The translations under genes and the position numbers were made by a program. Under the pieces are notes generated by a model. It was not told the DNA's origin, searched no databases, and saw only the letters and a list, made by a program, of their open reading frames with translations. This document shows, one piece after another, positions 27,432-36,499 of a stretch of 64,000 nt of DNA (positions within the stretch are counted from its first letter, which is position 1; every line of letters starts with the position of its first letter). Source of the DNA: Patescibacteria group bacterium (GTDB lineage: Bacteria; Patescibacteriota; Minisyncoccia; Phycocordibacterales; SBAW01); contig JACOWS010000001.1 of NCBI GenBank assembly GCA_016176685.1, forward strand, positions 78,113-142,112, read 5' to 3'.

Positions 27432-27473
27432 AAGGTTCGACCTTGGAGAGCCCTGATTTTAAGGTCGAACCTT
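27432..27473. repeat. 42-bp palindromic element (family A) copy 2
   Basis: AAGGTTCGACCTT-GGAGAGCCCTGATTTT-AAGGTCGAACCTT; right arm encodes tyrS C-terminal KVRP-stop. Confidence 0.75.
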
Positions 27474-28631
27474 AATTCGTACAAATCGGTGCTTGCCGAT
27501 CTTGAGTGTCGCACTCGTAAGCTCGGCTTCAATACTCGCCACTTTTTCTCCGCCAGCTACCTCTACGGCGCCGGCGGCCACCAGCCGGCGCAGTTCTCCT
27601 ATAGAAAGACCGAGGGTCCCCGCTGTATCGCGCAGCTTGGTACCATGGGGAACTACGACCTCCTCTGCGTCGTCCGGCTTCATAAATCCGGCGGCCGCCT
27701 TTTCTGCCGCATCTTTGCCGTGGTAGAGCGTAACAATTTCTTTTGCCAAGCGCATCTTTGCCTCCTTGGGGTGCAGGGCCATTATTTCTTCAATAGCTTC
27801 CGTGGGTACGCGAGTGCAGAGTGTGAAGTATCTCTCAACCAGTTCGTCTTTGACTGACATAATCTTCCCGTACATATCATTTGGCTTGTCGAGGACATTT
27901 ACTACATTACCCCACGACGAACTCATCTTTCGTCCGTCAGTTCCTTCAAGGAGTTCCAGCGTCATGATATCCTGCGGCTCCTGGTTATAAAGCTTTTGAA
28001 TATTTCTTCCAGCCAAAAGGTTGAAGCGCTGGTCCGTGCCGCCAAGTTCGACGTTCGCACGCACGGCGACAGAATCATAACCTTGCATGAGCGGATACAA
28101 CAGTTCATGGAAAGATACCCGCTGTCCCGCATCCATCCTTTTTGAGATGAGCTCGCGGGACGCAAACTCGTTGAGCCCAAACAAGCTCGCCATTTTGGTG
28201 AGTTCGAGAAATCCCAGCTTGTCGAGCCATTTGGAGTTGTAATGAGTCTCGGTCTTTTGCGGGTCGAGTATTTTGAATGCCTGATCAAAATAGGTCTTCA
28301 TGTTTTTCCCGACCCTCTCTTGGGTGAGCATTGGCCTTTCTGCCTCCTTGTCGGAAGTGTCCCCCACGACTCCTGTCGCGTCGCCAACAATAAAGACCGC
28401 CGTGTGACCGAGGTCTTGAAACGCTCTAAGTTTCCAAAGTGCTACCGCGCGGCCGATGTGGAGGTCGGGAGAGGTTGGGTCGATGCCGAGCTTTACGCGT
28501 AGTCGCTCGCCGGAAAGAAGCCGCTTGCGCAGTGAGTCTTTGACAATCACCTCGGTAACCCCGCGGGTCAAGAGCTCGTCCACCTTTTTTTCGTCTGTGA
28601 TAACCCTGGGGTGTCGCGTAAACAGCCGCAT
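27459..28631 (-). CDS. tyrS: tyrosyl-tRNA synthetase
   Basis: class I aaRS: GIDPTSPDLHIGRAV (HIGH) and KMSSS (KMSKS) motifs; C-terminal S4-like domain. Confidence 0.9.
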   Translation of the reverse strand: MRLFTRHPRVITDEKKVDELLTRGVTEVIVKDSLRKRLLSGERLRVKLGIDPTSPDLHIGRAVALWKLRAFQDLGHTAVFIVGDATGVVGDTSDKEAERPMLTQERVGKNMKTYFDQAFKILDPQKTETHYNSKWLDKLGFLELTKMASLFGLNEFASRELISKRMDAGQRVSFHELLYPLMQGYDSVAVRANVELGGTDQRFNLLAGRNIQKLYNQEPQDIMTLELLEGTDGRKMSSSWGNVVNVLDKPNDMYGKIMSVKDELVERYFTLCTRVPTEAIEEIMALHPKEAKMRLAKEIVTLYHGKDAAEKAAAGFMKPDDAEEVVVPHGTKLRDTAGTLGLSIGELRRLVAAGAVEVAGGEKVASIEAELTSATLKIGKHRFVRIKVRP

Positions 28632-28676
28632 ACGCTAGCTACTGTAACATATCCCCGACATGGTAAAATTGCCCGT

Positions 28677-30911
28677 ATGCATTTCTCCAAAAACCACACG
28701 GAGAGCGCGCGGCGCGCCGCAAGAGAAGCCCGCAAAAACTGGCGTACGTTGGCCACGTGGGCTTTGGGCGGTTGTTTTCTTTTTGGCGGGCTGGTGTTTG
28801 TCTGGGCGGCAACCTTGCGCATCCCCGACCTCTCCTCGCTTGAAAACAGAAAGGTTGAGCAGTCGGCAAAAATCTATGATCGCACCGGCACCGTGGTACT
28901 CTATGACCTCAACCAGGACGTGTCGCGCACGCTGGTGCCGCTAGCGTCTATCACTGCCGACCTACAGCACGGAATTATTGCCATAGAAGATCCGAGCTTT
29001 TATCGGCACGGCGGTATTGAGCCGAGGGCTATTTTACGCGCCATACTTGCAGACATCACCCCCGGCGGGGTGACCCAAGGGGGCTCCACTATTACCCAAC
29101 AGGTGGTAAAGAGCACCATACTTACCGGCGACAAAACTATTACGCGAAAACTCAAAGAGTGGATACTCGCAATAAAACTTGAGCGGGTGCTCCCTAAAGA
29201 TCAAATACTGGAGCTCTACCTCAACCAGGTGCCTATGGGTGGCAGTATGTACGGGGTTGAAGAAGCATCGGGAACTTTTTTCAACAAACACGCACAAGAT
29301 GTCACGCTGGCCGAAGCGGCCTACCTGGCGGCTATACTTCCCGCCCCCACCTACTACTCTCCCTATGGTAGTCACAAGGCGGCACTGGACGCGCGCAAAA
29401 ACTTGGTGCTCGACAAAATGTATGAGCATGGATATGTCACGGAGGAGGAGCGCGACCAGGCCAAGGTGGCGCGGGTTGTTTTTGAGCCGCAACGCGCCTC
29501 TTCGATACAGGCGCCGCACTTTGTGTTTTTTGTACGGCAATATCTGGAAGACAAGTATGGCCAGAGTGAGCTACAGGAAAACGGGTGGAAGATAACAACC
29601 ACACTTGATGCCGACCTGCAGGTGCGCGCGGAAGAGATAGTGCGGCGCAACGCTTTGGAAAATACCGACAAATTTAACGCGAGCAATGCGGGGCTCGTGG
29701 CTATTAACCCGCAGACGGGCGAAATTTTGTCCATGGTCGGCTCACGTTATTACTTTGACACGCAGATAGACGGCGCGTTCAATGTCACCGCGTCGGCGCC
29801 TGGGCGGCAACCCGGTTCGGCCTTTAAACCTTTTGCCTATGCCGAGGCATTTATCAAAGGGTATACGCCCGACACCGCGCTGTTTGACCTCCGCACCCAG
29901 TTCCAAACCACCTGCCCGCCCGACAATATGACCAGTGTGGGCGACTGCTACTCGCCCGTTAACTACGACGACCAGTTCCGCGGGCCGATGACCATGCGCG
30001 AGGCGCTGGCGCAGTCTATCAATGTGCCGTCGGTCAAGGTGTTGTACCTTGCGGGTATTTCGGACACCTTACGGCTTGCAAAAGCTATGGGTATTACCAC
30101 GCTCGGCGACCCTAACCAGTACGGACTTACGCTGGTGCTGGGAGGCGGTGAAGTAACCCCACTTGATATAACGAGTGCCTACGGCGTGTTTGCCAACAAC
30201 GGCGTGCGGCTAGACCCTATTGTCGTACTGCGAGTAGAAAATCCCGACGGCAGCGTGGTCGAGGACAACTCCAGGCGCCAAGGCACGCAAGTACTACCAA
30301 AAGAGGTTGCAGAAAAAATAAACGATATACTCTCCGACCCCGTTGCAAGGGCCCCTTTGGGAGAAAACCAGTATCTCTCCTTCCCCGGCCGTGACGTGGC
30401 GGTCAAAACCGGCACCACCAACAACTACCGCGATGCGTGGACCATCGGCTACACGCCAAACCTGGCTATGGGTATCTGGGTGGGCAACAACAACAACACG
30501 TCTATGGTTAAAAAAGTATCTGGGTTTATTGTGGGGCCGATGTGGCATGAGTTTATGCAGTATGCGCTTTCCAAAGTGCCGGCGCAGTCTTTTACCCGCA
30601 ACGAATACAGTAGTGCGGGGCAGAAGCCGGTTTTGCGCGGCGTATGGCAGGGCGAAGATAGCTATGTGCAAAACGGCATAGAGTTTGTAACACGCTCGGT
30701 CCACTCAATACTCAATTGGGTCGACAAAAACAACCCTAATGGTCCGTTACCGCAAGACCCCGGGCAGGACCCACAGTATGAGCGGTGGGAGTATCCGGTG
30801 CGCCTGTGGGCACAGCAAAACAACTACGTTGACGGTGTACCGGTCCCGGTTGGCCCCGCACCAACCACAACCCCCAGCCCTTTTCCTCTCCTACTCACTC
30901 CAGCGCAGTAG
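28677..30911 (+). CDS. mrcA: class A penicillin-binding protein (bifunctional glycosyltransferase/transpeptidase)
   Basis: N-terminal TM; GT51 motifs EDPSFYRHGG, GGSTITQQVVK; transpeptidase SAFKPF (SxxK), SxN and KTGT motifs; start at MHFSK. Confidence 0.85.
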   Translation: MHFSKNHTESARRAAREARKNWRTLATWALGGCFLFGGLVFVWAATLRIPDLSSLENRKVEQSAKIYDRTGTVVLYDLNQDVSRTLVPLASITADLQHGIIAIEDPSFYRHGGIEPRAILRAILADITPGGVTQGGSTITQQVVKSTILTGDKTITRKLKEWILAIKLERVLPKDQILELYLNQVPMGGSMYGVEEASGTFFNKHAQDVTLAEAAYLAAILPAPTYYSPYGSHKAALDARKNLVLDKMYEHGYVTEEERDQAKVARVVFEPQRASSIQAPHFVFFVRQYLEDKYGQSELQENGWKITTTLDADLQVRAEEIVRRNALENTDKFNASNAGLVAINPQTGEILSMVGSRYYFDTQIDGAFNVTASAPGRQPGSAFKPFAYAEAFIKGYTPDTALFDLRTQFQTTCPPDNMTSVGDCYSPVNYDDQFRGPMTMREALAQSINVPSVKVLYLAGISDTLRLAKAMGITTLGDPNQYGLTLVLGGGEVTPLDITSAYGVFANNGVRLDPIVVLRVENPDGSVVEDNSRRQGTQVLPKEVAEKINDILSDPVARAPLGENQYLSFPGRDVAVKTGTTNNYRDAWTIGYTPNLAMGIWVGNNNNTSMVKKVSGFIVGPMWHEFMQYALSKVPAQSFTRNEYSSAGQKPVLRGVWQGEDSYVQNGIEFVTRSVHSILNWVDKNNPNGPLPQDPGQDPQYERWEYPVRLWAQQNNYVDGVPVPVGPAPTTTPSPFPLLLTPAQ

Positions 30912-30932
30912 GTTACATATCCAATATTGAAA

Positions 30933-31550
30933 CTATACTTGGTAGCCATAATTTAAAAGCACGGCCCTAAATGATTGATAATCTTTGTATTGTTGGCCAT
31001 TAAACCCAGCCTTATTTGAATTCTGTATGTTTTCATCACGATCATCCCAATACATAATTTCTCCCTTCTCAAATATATTGTATTTTTCTTTAATCCTTTG
31101 ATATATCTTTTCTAAACCTTCAAGGCTGTGTTTGTATACACCCAGACTAGCAGAACAGAATATTTCATCAAAAACCTTACTGTAGGAATATTTGCGCACT
31201 AAATATTGATTTCGATATTTTTCTTGGTTAGTTGCCACACAAACAACCAACCCTTGTTTTTTAAGTTTAGCGATTGACGCGTAAACATCTTCATACAACA
31301 CATTACCAACCGCAAACCAATACTGCATCAGTTCATCGACCGTGCCTTTCCATTTCCATATTTCTACCACTTGTGCAAGTTCCTCTCTGAGGTCTGCTTT
31401 ACCTGTTAGACATTTTTTAAACGGTCCGTCGAAGAAAGGCATCATGGTGGTAAGGTCCACACCAAACTCTTTTGAGTATTGATCACTAAAACGGCCACCG
31501 TGAATTATCATGCCATCATTGTCATAAATTATTACTTTTGGCTTTTTCAT
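30933..31550 (-). CDS. HAD-superfamily hydrolase
   Basis: N-terminal IIYDNDGM (DxDG motif I), low GC. Confidence 0.55.
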   Translation of the reverse strand: MKKPKVIIYDNDGMIIHGGRFSDQYSKEFGVDLTTMMPFFDGPFKKCLTGKADLREELAQVVEIWKWKGTVDELMQYWFAVGNVLYEDVYASIAKLKKQGLVVCVATNQEKYRNQYLVRKYSYSKVFDEIFCSASLGVYKHSLEGLEKIYQRIKEKYNIFEKGEIMYWDDRDENIQNSNKAGFNGQQYKDYQSFRAVLLNYGYQV

Positions 31551-31591
31551 AAAACTTGATTTGCTAGCTGCGCGAGGCAGTATCGATAACA

Positions 31592-32002
31592 TCAATCAAA
31601 AGGGTTAATTCCTTTCTTGAGGTAGTTACGAATAGGGAGAAAAAGTGGTGAGGGAAGGTCGTCCCATACAAACCATTCCCAACACTCGCACTTTTCTGGC
31701 TCTCTTAACTCAACATTTCCAGACTTCCAATCCGCAACAACAAAAATGGTAACGTAGTGTTTTTTATCCTTTTCAAATAGGTCATTTGTATAGGTACTCT
31801 GTTTTATATTTTTTATTTTTATACCAACTTCCTCTTCAACTTCCCTTGCCGCACATTCTTCAACACTTTCCCAAAATTCAAGATGTCCGCCAGCAAAACA
31901 CCAGGATCCTTCACCGTGAGCATTTTTCCTTTTTCCCAAAAGCACTTTATTGTCTTTTTTAACAATTACTCCGACTCCTACTTTTGGTCTTTGATTTTCC
32001 AT
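31592..32002 (-). CDS. NUDIX hydrolase
   Basis: Nudix box GGHLEFWESVEECAAREVEEEVG (GX5EX7REUXEEXGU). Confidence 0.75.
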   Translation of the reverse strand: MENQRPKVGVGVIVKKDNKVLLGKRKNAHGEGSWCFAGGHLEFWESVEECAAREVEEEVGIKIKNIKQSTYTNDLFEKDKKHYVTIFVVADWKSGNVELREPEKCECWEWFVWDDLPSPLFLPIRNYLKKGINPFD

Positions 32003-32012
32003 TTTATAAAAC

Positions 32013-33110
32013 CTACCGGTTCATGGGCATGGCGAGGTAGAGGAAGGACTCGTCGGAGGAGTCTCTTACCAAAAGCGGTTTGCCGGGGCCGTTAGTCTGT
32101 AGGCGGACACTGTCGCCCACAATAGATTGTAAGCTGTCTGACAGGTAACGACTGTTAAAGTTCATGGTAGCCATTTCGCCGGAAATAGTGGCTTGTATAG
32201 TGGTGGTTTGCTCGCCGACATCCGGGTTGCGCGAGGAAAGGAGTATGGATTTTTTTGAAGGTTCAAAAGTAAGCGACACCTGAGAAAATTTGTCGGAAAA
32301 TATGGAGAGTGATTTAAGCGCCTGTGCAACATCCTCCCTAAGTACAATGGCTTCTGTGGTAAACGTTTTTGGTATTATTTGTTTATAGTTTGGGAATGCA
32401 CCGTCTATAATCCTACTGGTGTAATATACATTCCCCACCTGTGTGGATATCTGATTTTCGTTGTAATAGAGCACGGTTTCTCCTCCCACCACTTCCAAAA
32501 TACGCACCAGTTCTGCAACATTTCTAGATGGTATGAGTAATTGCGGTACATTTCCACCAGACCGCAGTGCTATGGTTTTTTCAGCAAGACGGAAGGAGTC
32601 TGTGGCGGCGGATATGATTTTTCCTCCCTCACCATACACCAAAACGCTTTGAAGTTCCGGTTTTATTGTTGATGTTGAGGTACTATACATCACACTACGC
32701 AGTAGTTTCACAAAATCTGCTGATTTTATTGAAAAAGATGCTGTTGCTGACACGCGCGGCAGTGCCGGAAAGTCTTCATGTGGAATTGTTTTTATTGAAG
32801 CCGTAGAGCGTTCTGTTTCTAATTTACACATCTCTCCCACTAAAGTAACCGAGGTTGTTTTACCGCGCGCATTACTCAAAAAACCGGCTAATATGGAACC
32901 TGGTATGGCAACAGTTCCTTTTTCATTAACTTTTGCCGGTATAGAAATCTCTACACCACACTCAAGATTTGTTGCGTGCAATACTACCCGACCTCCATCC
33001 GCAGTCACAAGGATACTGGAGAGTACCGGTAAGTTTGCTCGCCGTTCAATAAACCTAACCACGGTAGCAACAGCAGTACTAAACTCTTGCGTATTACAAT
33101 TAAACTTCAT
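32013..33110 (-). CDS. dnaN: DNA polymerase III beta sliding clamp
   Basis: 365 aa, three-domain beta-clamp pattern starting MKFNCNTQEFSTAV...; immediately downstream of dnaA. Confidence 0.85.
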   Translation of the reverse strand: MKFNCNTQEFSTAVATVVRFIERRANLPVLSSILVTADGGRVVLHATNLECGVEISIPAKVNEKGTVAIPGSILAGFLSNARGKTTSVTLVGEMCKLETERSTASIKTIPHEDFPALPRVSATASFSIKSADFVKLLRSVMYSTSTSTIKPELQSVLVYGEGGKIISAATDSFRLAEKTIALRSGGNVPQLLIPSRNVAELVRILEVVGGETVLYYNENQISTQVGNVYYTSRIIDGAFPNYKQIIPKTFTTEAIVLREDVAQALKSLSIFSDKFSQVSLTFEPSKKSILLSSRNPDVGEQTTTIQATISGEMATMNFNSRYLSDSLQSIVGDSVRLQTNGPGKPLLVRDSSDESFLYLAMPMNR

Positions 33111-33319
33111 AACTTTCTAATTATTTTCTTATATATAAAAGATTAGTGCTATTAGGGTTGTGTATAGCCTTAATAACCTTAATAAATGTTGTTATATATA
33201 GTAATATAGGGAAAAAACTAGACGTATAGGTTGGTGATTGTGTCTCATAAGTTTGTATATAATTCTGTAAAAATATTTTTTTGTTTTTTATTTTCATACA
33301 TTTCCCTACTATATACACA
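33111..33319. other. AT-rich dnaA-dnaN intergenic region, candidate oriC/DNA unwinding element
   Basis: 209 bp at roughly 25% GC with A/T tracts between dnaA stop and dnaN start; degenerate DnaA-box-like 9-mers (TGTGTATAG, TATACACAC). Confidence 0.35.
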
Positions 33320-34654
33320 CTATTTCAACATAAGGCGTATTTGATGCACCTCTTGCCCTAATAAACTGTCGGTTATGATATCTCTTTTTACTTTGTCACA
33401 TGAGTGTATAACGGTGGTATGATCTCGACCACCCATTTTGTCTCCTATTGATGGGAAAGAGATATGAAAATCTTCACGTAAAATATACATAATAACCTGT
33501 CGCGGCCGCACTATCTCCTTTCGACGTGTTTTTTCGTAAATACTATTTTCATCAATACCGTAGAAGTCTGCAATAGTTTTTACCACCTCTTGTACCGACA
33601 CCACTTTTTTAGGGCTGCCTGCGCCACGCAGTAATACCTTTGCATCGGCGAGGGTTAGTTCGCGCCCGCGCATCTCAAAGTTTATAAGAAGAGTATTAAG
33701 CGCACCCTCAAGCTCACGCACATTCCCTTCCACAGTACTGGCAAGGTATTCAAGCACCTCGTCTGGGAGTATAAAGTTGTGTTGTATTGCTTTGGTTCGC
33801 ACAATAGCGAGCCGCGATTCGTGGTCCGGTGCGGTTATTGAAACGATCATACCCGCGTTGAAACGAGACTTTATTCTGTCTTCGAGATTTTGTATAAGGT
33901 TGGGATGCTGGTCTGAAGAAAAGACCAATTGTTTGTTACTGTCATGCAGGAAGTTAAAAAGGTGAAAAAATTCTTCCTTCGTTTTTTCCATTTTTGCCAA
34001 AAACTGCACATCGTCCATTATTAAAAGATCATATTGCCGGTATTTTTCCTTAAACCACTGCATCTTGCCCGACTGTACCGAGGACACATAGTCCATAGCG
34101 AACTTTTCAGACGTGAGGTAATGTACTTTTCGATCCGGAGTGCTCACTCTAAAATGGTTTCCTATTGCCTGTATAAGGTGTGTTTTACCCAAACCGGTTG
34201 GTCCGTACACTAAAAGCGGATTGTAGGCGATACCCGGACTACGTATAACGGCTTGCGCGGCCGCATGTGCCAGCTCGTTAAAAGGCCCCACCACAAATGA
34301 GGAAAAGGAAAAACGCGGGTTAAGGTTTGTTTTTGTATGGACCGCTTCGAGTTGGAGCTCGGTGGGTGCCGCGGGCGGCCGCATCTCCTCGATTGCCTTT
34401 TTGGGCCCGCGGGAGATAACATACTCCACATTGCGTATAGAGTCGGAAAGATTGCGTAAAGAGCCGAGAATATCTTTATGAAATTTAGTAGAGAGCCAAT
34501 CGCGGGCAAATTGTGATGGCACACCAAGGTGCACCACGCCGTCGTCTACCCGTAGTATGTGTGTATCTTTAAACCAGGTATTAAAATTAGGCCGCGAGAT
34601 AGAAATTTCAAGCTCCACTAATGCGTTTTCCCAAAGTTCTTTCGTGGTAGTCAT
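33320..34654 (-). CDS. dnaA: chromosomal replication initiator DnaA
   Basis: AAA+ Walker [11 protein letters not shown], Walker [11 protein letters not shown]-terminal DNA-binding domain (..[13 protein letters not shown]); start taken at [12 protein letters not shown]. Confidence 0.9.
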   Translation of the reverse strand: MTTTKELWENALVELEISISRPNFNTWFKDTHILRVDDGVVHLGVPSQFARDWLSTKFHKDILGSLRNLSDSIRNVEYVISRGPKKAIEEMRPPAAPTELQLEAVHTKTNLNPRFSFSSFVVGPFNELAHAAAQAVIRSPGIAYNPLLVYGPTGLGKTHLIQAIGNHFRVSTPDRKVHYLTSEKFAMDYVSSVQSGKMQWFKEKYRQYDLLIMDDVQFLAKMEKTKEEFFHLFNFLHDSNKQLVFSSDQHPNLIQNLEDRIKSRFNAGMIVSITAPDHESRLAIVRTKAIQHNFILPDEVLEYLASTVEGNVRELEGALNTLLINFEMRGRELTLADAKVLLRGAGSPKKVVSVQEVVKTIADFYGIDENSIYEKTRRKEIVRPRQVIMYILREDFHISFPSIGDKMGGRDHTTVIHSCDKVKRDIITDSLLGQEVHQIRLMLK

Positions 34655-34768
34655 ACGGGTGTGCGGTACGACAAGGATACGCGAGCGAACCCAATGCGTC
34701 AAAAATCGTTCCATTACCTTTTTTGTGCACAAGTTGTGGAGAATTGGTGGATATCGTATAGTAGACAG

Positions 34769-34903
34769 ATGTCGCAAACATACCAACCTAAAAAAAGAAA
34801 AAGAGCCCGCACGCACGGGTTTCTTAAGCGCTCCAAGAGCACCAGCGGCCGCAGGACCCTTGCTCGCCGCCGTCGCAAGGGGCGGGCGCGCATTGCAGTG
34901 TAA
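34769..34903 (+). CDS. rpmH: 50S ribosomal protein bL34
   Basis: [44 protein letters not shown] matches L34 consensus. Confidence 0.85.
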   Translation: MSQTYQPKKRKRARTHGFLKRSKSTSGRRTLARRRRKGRARIAV

Positions 34904-34918
34904 GGTTATAGTGGCACT

Positions 34919-35182
34919 ATGCTCTCAAAACAGAGACGCTTACGTGCAAAAGAGGTGCAAACAGTGCTTAGAGAGGGCCGCTCTATGCGCTGCGGACCCT
35001 ACCGGGCCAAATTCTTTGCCATAGAGGCGCCACTGCGTATTGCAGTAGTCGTTTCAAAAAAAGTGGCCCGTTTGTCAGTAGAAAGGAGCAAGCTGCGCCG
35101 CCAAGCGTACCAAGCCACTACCGCCCTCCCCTTACCCCACACGGGCCAAATAGTCTTATTTGTTGATCGTGTACAATCGTAA
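34919..35182 (+). CDS. rnpA: RNase P protein component
   Basis: position between rpmH and yidC; basic 87-aa protein with RLRAKEVQTVLREGRS...RIAVVVSKKV RnpA-like segments; start may lie upstream at a non-ATG codon. Confidence 0.7.
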   Translation: MLSKQRRLRAKEVQTVLREGRSMRCGPYRAKFFAIEAPLRIAVVVSKKVARLSVERSKLRRQAYQATTALPLPHTGQIVLFVDRVQS

Positions 35183-35185
35183 TAC

Positions 35186-35902
35186 ATGTTCCAGACATAC
35201 TTAGTTGAGCCGCTCTATAATATGTTTATATTCCTCATCGGCGTTATGCCGGGCGGCGATGTGGGGCTGGCTATTATCGCACTCACCCTTATGGTGCGTA
35301 TTGTGTTTTACCCGGCATTTACCGCCTCTATCCGCACCCAAATGGGCATGCAGGCCGTGCAGGGCGAGCTTGATGAAATAAACAAACTATACAAAAACAA
35401 TGCAGAGGAGCGCGGCCGGCGCACCATGGCCCTGTTTAAAGAGCACAAGGTCCGGCCTTTTGCCAGTATTGTTGCCCTTATGGTGCAAATACCCATCTTT
35501 CTCGCACTATACTTTACTTTTTTGCGGGAGGGGCTCCCCAACATATCGACCAACCTCCTCTACTCGTTCGTGCAGGTACCATCCACTATTAATGTAGAGT
35601 TTTTAGGAATACTCAACCTCCTTTCCGCGCACGTTATTCCTCTTGCTCTGGTGGTTGGCGGCTTGCAGTATTTGGTGGCGCGCTACTCTTTGGCGCGCGC
35701 ACCACAGCCGAACGTGGCCAAAGAGCGCACTGCGGCGCACCATATGCAGCAGCGCATGCTGCTCTACTTTTTACCGGCGGTGATAGCGGTGGTTTCCTAC
35801 ACTCTGCCAGCGGCGGCGGGGCTCTACTTCACCGCCGGCAACCTTATTTCGCTCGGCCAGGAGTGGCTTATCAGGCGGAATGTTGGGGTTAAAACGCCAT
35901 AA
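35186..35902 (+). CDS. yidC: membrane protein insertase YidC (short form)
   Basis: 5 TM helices, conserved PFASIVALMVQIPIFLALYFTF region. Confidence 0.85.
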   Translation: MFQTYLVEPLYNMFIFLIGVMPGGDVGLAIIALTLMVRIVFYPAFTASIRTQMGMQAVQGELDEINKLYKNNAEERGRRTMALFKEHKVRPFASIVALMVQIPIFLALYFTFLREGLPNISTNLLYSFVQVPSTINVEFLGILNLLSAHVIPLALVVGGLQYLVARYSLARAPQPNVAKERTAAHHMQQRMLLYFLPAVIAVVSYTLPAAAGLYFTAGNLISLGQEWLIRRNVGVKTP

Positions 35903-35940
35903 CGTTGCAAAGAGCGGGTGCTCTGGGGTATGGTGTCCTC

Positions 35941-36387
35941 ATGAGCTCTCAACTCCTTATCGAAACCGTTTCCACCCTCCTCTCGCTCCTGGGGCTTGAT
36001 GTGGAAGATATAGCCGTGTCCGAGGGTCACCGCACCGTGGTTGCCGTGACCTCCAAGGACCACCAACACCTCATTGGGCCGCGCGGCGAGCACCTGCGCG
36101 CGCTCAACACCGTGGCGCGCCGACTGGTGGAGACAAAACACGGCGAGGGCGCGGCGGCTTTTCTTATAGACATCAACGGCTACCATGAAGAGAAAATGGA
36201 GGTGGTGCGCCAAAACGCGCGCATGCTGGCCCAGCGCGCGCGGCTTTTTAAACACGATGTAGAAATGGGCCCTATGAGCTCATACGAGCGTTTGGTTGTA
36301 CACGAATTATTTGCAGACGACCCAGAGATAAAAACCGAGTCCGCGGGCGAAGGTAAGCACCGCCATGTGGTGCTGAAGTGCAGGTAG
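35941..36387 (+). CDS. jag: Jag/KhpB RNA-binding protein (KH plus R3H domains)
   Basis: canonical position after yidC; R3H-like ...MSSYERLVVHELFADDPEIKTESAGEGKHRHVVL. Confidence 0.75.
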   Translation: MSSQLLIETVSTLLSLLGLDVEDIAVSEGHRTVVAVTSKDHQHLIGPRGEHLRALNTVARRLVETKHGEGAAAFLIDINGYHEEKMEVVRQNARMLAQRARLFKHDVEMGPMSSYERLVVHELFADDPEIKTESAGEGKHRHVVLKCR

Positions 36388-36396
36388 AGGTTTCGC

Positions 36397-36492
36397 AAAA
36401 AACAGGCGTGGGGGAGAGCGGGAATTTCCTGCTGATAAATTCCCTCGCCTCGGCGCCGTCGCGCCTCAGACTCTCCCCCACGCCTGTTTTTT
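36397..36492. repeat. long nested inverted repeat / bidirectional terminator-like structure
   Basis: AAAAAACAGGCGTGGGGGAGAG ... CTCTCCCCCACGCCTGTTTTTT (22-bp arms) enclosing inner GGGAATTT..AAATTCCC hairpin; between convergent jag and T4SS-locus terminal gene. Confidence 0.45.
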
Positions 36493-36499
36493 GCTTTCT

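Noticed and set aside
27124-27857. ORFs 27124..27408(-) (poly-Ser) and 27291..27857(+)
   Set aside because: Both run across the strong bidirectional terminator and palindromic element. The plus ORF is antisense to the tyrS 3' end. The poly-Ser ORF is the reverse frame of the acidic GAA/GAG-rich stretch.
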